From: an uncultured Lentisphaeria bacterium
Lineage (GTDB): Bacteria > Verrucomicrobiota > Lentisphaeria > JABSQK01 > JAJFLO01
Length of the DNA: 32,000 bases
Reading direction: 5' to 3'
Assembly: GCA_951812855.1 (NCBI GenBank)
Contig: OX638337.1
Location: forward strand, 900,001 to 932,000
Shown piece by piece: positions 27,705-32,000 of this stretch; position 1 is the first letter of the stretch, and each line of letters begins with the position of its first letter. Made by a program: the position numbers and the translations under genes. The notes under the pieces were generated by a model, which was given only the letters and a program-made list of their open reading frames with translations, did no database searches and had not been told where the DNA came from.

Positions 27705-28535
27705 TTAATTTTTCTGGCATTCTGGGCAATAAAAGGTTGATCTGTTACCTATTTTAGTTCGTTTTATTGTACATCCGCATTTATTAATACATTGTTGCTG
27801 CTCTTTTCCATACACACTTAATTTCAAGTAATATTGTCCTTCTGTTCCATCGACTTTTTTATAGTCTGAGATGGTTGTCCCCTCTGATTTAATCGACTCT
27901 TTAAGTACCGTTTTAATTGCATCTGTTAGATTATTCCGCTGATTTTTTGATAAATGAGCTCCTGATTTATCAGGATTGATATTAGCTAAAAATAATGCTT
28001 CAGATGCATAAATATTACCGACGCCCGTTATCAATTTATTATCCATGAGTATAGACTTTATTGATTTACTTCTGTGTTTCAGGATCGTGGATAAATATTT
28101 TGAATTAAACGCATTACTTAACGGTTCCGGGGGTAGTTTATCGAAAAACTCAGGGAGCTGATCGGCTTGTTTTATCGTAAATATCCTTACAGAACCGAAT
28201 CGTCGCATATCATTAAAAATCAGAACCGTATTATTTTTTAGATATAAAAAAAAGTGATCGTGATTTTGTTGTTTACACGTCCTGTTTTCTATCCGAATAA
28301 ATCCAGACATCCCCAGGTGTATTACAATCATAGACAGATTATCCAGTTCGATCAGTATATATTTCGCTCTTCGTTTTACATTGGTAATCTTGCAGTCGTC
28401 CACGGTTTTAAGCTGCCTCATATCCAGGGGGAATCTTAGCGTTTTATCACTTACGATAATTGACGAAATTCGTTTATTGAGAAGGTGGGGTCGAAGTGCA
28501 TTTGTTATCGTTTCAACTTCAGGCAGTTCAGGCAT
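27705..28535 (-). CDS. mutM: Formamidopyrimidine-DNA glycosylase
   Basis: 276 aa. MPELPEVETI N-terminus, H2TH region, C-terminal zinc finger CINKCGCTIKRTKIGNRSTFYCPECQ. Confidence 0.95.
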   Translation of the reverse strand: MPELPEVETITNALRPHLLNKRISSIIVSDKTLRFPLDMRQLKTVDDCKITNVKRRAKYILIELDNLSMIVIHLGMSGFIRIENRTCKQQNHDHFFLYLKNNTVLIFNDMRRFGSVRIFTIKQADQLPEFFDKLPPEPLSNAFNSKYLSTILKHRSKSIKSILMDNKLITGVGNIYASEALFLANINPDKSGAHLSKNQRNNLTDAIKTVLKESIKSEGTTISDYKKVDGTEGQYYLKLSVYGKEQQQCINKCGCTIKRTKIGNRSTFYCPECQKN

Positions 28536-28559
28536 TTTATTCTTTACAATTATGATATA

Positions 28560-28860
28560 AAGTGATAGTCGAAATTCATTGTCCCGGGGTTTTAATGGTA
28601 TGTATAATGTGCCAAAAATAATTTCATAGCCGTTAATTATGAATCACGGGGTAAAATTGAACAAATTTTAGTGAATCTCCGGGGAGGGGGTCGATGTAGT
28701 AGTTTATACGGGGAGAGTCCGGAAATGCGTATTTCTTTAATAACACAATTTATGGAAATAAAATCCGTGCCCCCAGTCATTTTTCCAGCGGGGTCGATGT
28801 GCAATTGGCAGCTATCGAATATAAACGAACTCTAATTAATACTGACTATAATGATCACAG
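28560..28860 (+). other. Scrambled group II intron-like RNA fragments in the mutM/esterase spacer
   Basis: GAAATTCATTGTCCCGGGG (28571-28589) matches the reverse complement of 31498-31518. GTGAATCTCCGGGGAGGGGG (28671-28690) and TATACGGGGAGAGTCCGGAAATG (28705-28727) resemble an intron 5' end and an early domain I motif. GGGGTCGATGT occurs twice (28687-28697, 28790-28800). Confidence 0.35.
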
Positions 28861-28888
28861 CACATTTCAGGAGAAAACTCCTTCTGTG

Positions 28889-29441
28889 ATGAAGAAAATC
28901 TATAAACAGGATTGTAGCAGGTATAAAGACGACTGTGCAGAATTTTATAAGTCGGGAATTTCAGAATCCATTGACGCCGGCAGCCCAGTTTTCCTTAAAG
29001 CTGATGATGATGATGATCAGTCAACAGGAATAGTATTGGCACATGGACTTTTATCAGCACCAATGGAGGTTCGCCTGCTTGCTGAATTTTTATATGAAAA
29101 AGGGTATTCAGTTTATTGTATAAGATTACCTGGTCACGGAACAGTGCCCGGTAATTTATGCCAGGTCATCTGAAAGGATTGATATGAGGCTTATCTAAAT
29201 GGTCGGGATTAAGATATATAACACAGTGCCGTCATTAATTGTACATGCAGAAAATGACCGGGTAGTTGATTGTGAAAGTTCCAGAAAAATAATATCACAA
29301 CTGAATTGTAATCACATGACACATAAATTATTAGATATTGACCATCATGTCATTGTAAGTAACGAAGGCTGTGATCAGGTATTTAACGAGGTTGACCAAT
29401 GTATTTCCCAATTTGATTCGGAGAGGGATATCGCTGTTTAA
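28889..29441 (+). pseudogene. Alpha/beta-hydrolase (Est/monoacylglycerol-lipase-like esterase) pseudogene lacking the catalytic core
   Basis: GIVLAHGLLSAPMEVRLLAEFLYEKGYSVYCIRLPGHGTVPGNL, then stops (VI*KD*YEAYLNGRD*), then VPSLIVHAENDRVVDCESSRKIISQL...DIDHHVIVSNEG...VFNEVDQCISQF. The nucleophile-elbow GxSxG segment between them is missing. Confidence 0.6.
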
Positions 29442-29498
29442 GGGAAATATCATAACTGCGTATACCATTGCAGATTGACAATTCCTAAAAGATATTTC

Positions 29499-30317
29499 TT
29501 ATATTTCAAACACTCTTCCTGGTTGAATCCAGCAGTAATCAATACCATACGTCTCATTTTTCGCCAGCATTGATTCTATCCGTTTCCTGCTATGATATCG
29601 CGGTGAAATATGGCACAACACCAGTTTTCCAACATTAGCATTATGAGCCGTATCAAATGCTTCTTGTGACGATGCATGTGTCGAAGCGGTGCGGTCATCT
29701 ACATCAAGGAATGTGCTGTCATGGATGAGGATTTGAGTATCACGAAATGTATCTGCAGGCAAAGGCATGCTGTCACCGGTATAGCATAACAATTTTGCAT
29801 CATAGTAATCAAATTTGTCATCTTTGCTCATCTTCGCAAGCTTCTGTCCCGGTAATCCTGCAAGTTCAGGTTTTAGACGTTTCCTCGGTTCACAGACTGA
29901 AAACCCTACGGGATCATTGGCGGAATGAATCGTGGAAAATACATTAATAAACCGATCTTTTTTCAGCTGAATTTGATCACCCGGTTTTAGACCAACCCAT
30001 TCCAATTTATATTTTACAAAATGGCCAACCATTTTCTGAAGAGAGTCCTTCAGGATTGATATTGTTTTGTCTTTTTCCGGATAATAAATTGTCAATGCTT
30101 TAGATGTATCGCCTTTGGTTGACTGTCTCAGGCAAAGAAAAGAATATAACCCTGCAACATGATCAATATGACCATGGGAGAGAAAAATTTTTTCAACTGC
30201 GAATATTCCCTGTTTCAGGAATAATGAAGCACCTTCGCCACAGTCAAATAATAACCGGTCCGGTGCATAAAAAAACCAGTTGGAATAGAGTCCTTTGGAA
30301 TATGCTTTAAGTATCAT
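29499..30317 (-). CDS. MBL-fold metallo-hydrolase (RNase Z-like)
   Basis: 272 aa. LFDCGEGASLFL and FLSHGHIDHVAGL (HxHxDH motif), later YTGDS and CHISPRY. Confidence 0.8.
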   Translation of the reverse strand: MILKAYSKGLYSNWFFYAPDRLLFDCGEGASLFLKQGIFAVEKIFLSHGHIDHVAGLYSFLCLRQSTKGDTSKALTIYYPEKDKTISILKDSLQKMVGHFVKYKLEWVGLKPGDQIQLKKDRFINVFSTIHSANDPVGFSVCEPRKRLKPELAGLPGQKLAKMSKDDKFDYYDAKLLCYTGDSMPLPADTFRDTQILIHDSTFLDVDDRTASTHASSQEAFDTAHNANVGKLVLCHISPRYHSRKRIESMLAKNETYGIDYCWIQPGRVFEI

Positions 30318-30600
30318 CGTTTTATCTGATAAGTTTTTAGATTTAACAAAAGGTCAATAAGATCACTAAAGAGTCTGCAATTACAAGAGGCTTCAATTTA
30401 TTTGTATCTTGGGCATCCTGTTTGTGCAACATTTTTTGGTATTATAGTTTTGGAATTATTCTATTGAGAATATATGAATTCAGCAGGCTCCATAGAGTCT
30501 CTGTATTTCAATCTGTCACCATTAAGACTGTTTCTAAAAAAATTAATGGATTTATAAGAGCCTTAATCAACCGTGAGTTTTTTCAATTGTTGTAACGGTT

Positions 30601-31063
30601 TGGCTGCCGTTTATTATTTCAGCATTATGGTACAAAAGAACAAAAAAACTATTACCTTCCAGACCTTGCAAATGGACAGGAAGTTTCCTGTTTCGCCTTA
30701 ACCGAGCCAACTGCAGGACCTGATGCCGGGGCAATCGCCGCTCATGGAGAAATCTTCAAACATGAGAGTGGCGAACTTTATATGCGGCTTAACTTTCAAA
30801 AACGCTACATTACACTGGCAGCTATATCAACGGTTATGGGATTGGCATTTAACCTGGATGATCCGGAAAACCTGCTTGGTAAAGGGACCGATTCAGGTAT
30901 TACCTGTGCCTTAATTCCCAGTAATACACCTGGGGCTCGACTTGGAAGACGGCATGATCCTTTGGGTTCAGCTTTTTTCAATTGTCCAATTAATGGCGAA
31001 AATATTGAAGTGCCGTTGAACAAATATATTATCGGTGGAGTTGAAAATGCTGGCACATGTTAA
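30601..31063 (+). pseudogene. fadE: FadE-type acyl-CoA dehydrogenase fragment (about 150 internal codons of an about 800-aa protein)
   Basis: Single open frame [48 protein letters not shown]...[91 protein letters not shown]. It tracks E. coli FadE around [41 protein letters not shown]...NKRYITLAPIATVLGLAF...GITCALIP...IGRRH...YIIGG. No N- or C-terminal parts. Confidence 0.8.
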
Positions 31064-31708
31064 TGAATTGTCTCTCTGCCGGCAGGGCAGTGACGCTTCC
31101 CGTAACCGTATAGTCTTTGACCATATTAAGTGCATTTTCTGCTTCCTCGAGATTTTGACACAAGACAACAAAATCATCCGCATAGCGGATCATATGAAAT
31201 CGGGATTCTGTCATCTGATGATCCAATGCATTCAGATAAAGACTGGCCAACACGGGTGAAATAACTGCCCCCGGAGAACTACCGCTTTGAGGTCTCCACG
31301 ATTCGAGAACGGCTCGGGCTTCGAACGGTGAGCTATTAAGTCCCTGAATAATTTCATTAACAAATCGATGATCGAGATCTATTCCATTTATTTAATGATG
31401 AGTGATTAATCATTTGACGACCTCCAGAGTGATAAGGTTGATTTTACCAGGAGAAGAGAGAGTTCTGCCTTCCCCTGGTAAAATGCCCGCCACCCCGCCC
31501 CGGGACAACAGTAATTTCCTGGAAGTCAGGTGGTCGCCATATGTCACAAATATAGGCGGAACTCCAAATGAACACCTAATGCCCTTAGGTTAAAGGGCAT
31601 TGCATCCATACTGAGTTTCTGATAATCACGATCTGATCGTTTATGGATGATGATTCATATTAGTAATGAATCTTCGTATGATATTGAAACAGTCACTGTG
31701 AATCACAC
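31029..31708 (-). mobile_element. Degenerate group II intron: 5' ribozyme-like RNA plus internally deleted, 3'-truncated RT ORF
   Basis: RT relic ...NGIDLDHRFVNEIIQGLNSSPFEARAVLESWRPQSGSSPGAVISPVLASLYLNALDHQMTESRFHMIRYADDFVVLCQNLEEAENALNMVKDY (RT motifs 3-5, YADD). GGAGG + ATG (31424-31410) opens MINHSSLNKW, then jumps to motif 3. 15-bp hairpin at 31442-31483. GC-rich GTCCCGGGGCGGGGTGGCGGGC...CCAGGGGAAGGCAGAAC is intron-domain-like. Candidate GTGTG 5' end at 31708. No domain V/VI. Confidence 0.7.
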
Positions 31709-31712
31709 AATT
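31635..31712 (-). repeat. Copy B of the 78-nt repeat (contiguous with the intron relic)
   Basis: Gapless match to 27611-27688. On the minus strand it begins AATT|GTGTGATTCAC, 33 nt after the helicase stop. Confidence 0.6.
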
Positions 31713-31741
31713 TAATAACCAGCTAATCTGAAAAATGACGT

Positions 31742-32000
<259 letters not shown>

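Noticed and set aside
27422-27757. 111-aa plus-strand ORF spanning repeat copy A, and the idea that the repeat encodes a conserved mini-protein (DRLW.MI.IS.ESS..IE...VNHTI)
   Set aside because: The upstream two-thirds is antisense to the HExxH protease relic. In copy B the same frame is closed by two stops just upstream. Of 10 differing codons only 2 are synonymous, so there is no sign of purifying selection. The gapless alignment is explained equally well by a non-coding repeat.
28671-31600. A single intron split by an inversion, with the 28671-28860 plus-strand 5' part and the 31600-31029 minus-strand 3' part as two halves
   Set aside because: Orientation and lengths would fit. However, the left region also carries its own copy of the GAAATT..TTGTCCCGGGG segment (28571-28589) that is present in the right-hand relic. 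At least two intron copies must therefore have existed, and an inversion is not required.

Overview
AT-rich bacterial chromosomal segment, with about 27 intact, mostly housekeeping genes. These are: SPFH/NfeD pair, trhO, an ABC-F ATPase, a NadD-Nudix fusion, uspA-like, DUF2064, membrane pyrophosphatase hppA, recO, purB, hemH, bioH-bioC, tpx, cyclophilin, an RRM RNA-binding protein, an Rrf2 regulator, pyrK-like, a 4-gene ABC/GldG-like/DUF4340 operon, mutM, an RNase Z-like MBL hydrolase and a partial DEAD-box helicase. I found no rRNA, tRNA or CRISPR array. The main result is what lies between the intact genes. Almost every long spacer translates into a broken gene, giving about 13 relics: IS256- and IS1380-type transposases, NDH-2, cNMP-binding protein, response regulator, aquaporin, esterase, FadE, HExxH protease, a GT2 and others. 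Several relics keep both protein termini but have lost the middle. The right third (27.6-31.7 kb) holds group II intron debris. It includes an RT relic with upstream ribozyme-like RNA abutting a fadE fragment. A 78-nt repeat sits just downstream of two gene ends and looks like the intron 5' terminus. A scrambled G-run-rich spacer repeats intron segments. I see no convincing intact novel multi-gene system. The most interesting biology is ongoing reductive decay plus the intron relic family. Family assignments come from reading motifs by eye and from memory of family consensus sequences. No database search was run. Phylum is not assignable from this window; weak Shine-Dalgarno usage, the GldG/DUF4340 operon and the RRM protein would fit PVC- or Bacteroidota-like lineages.
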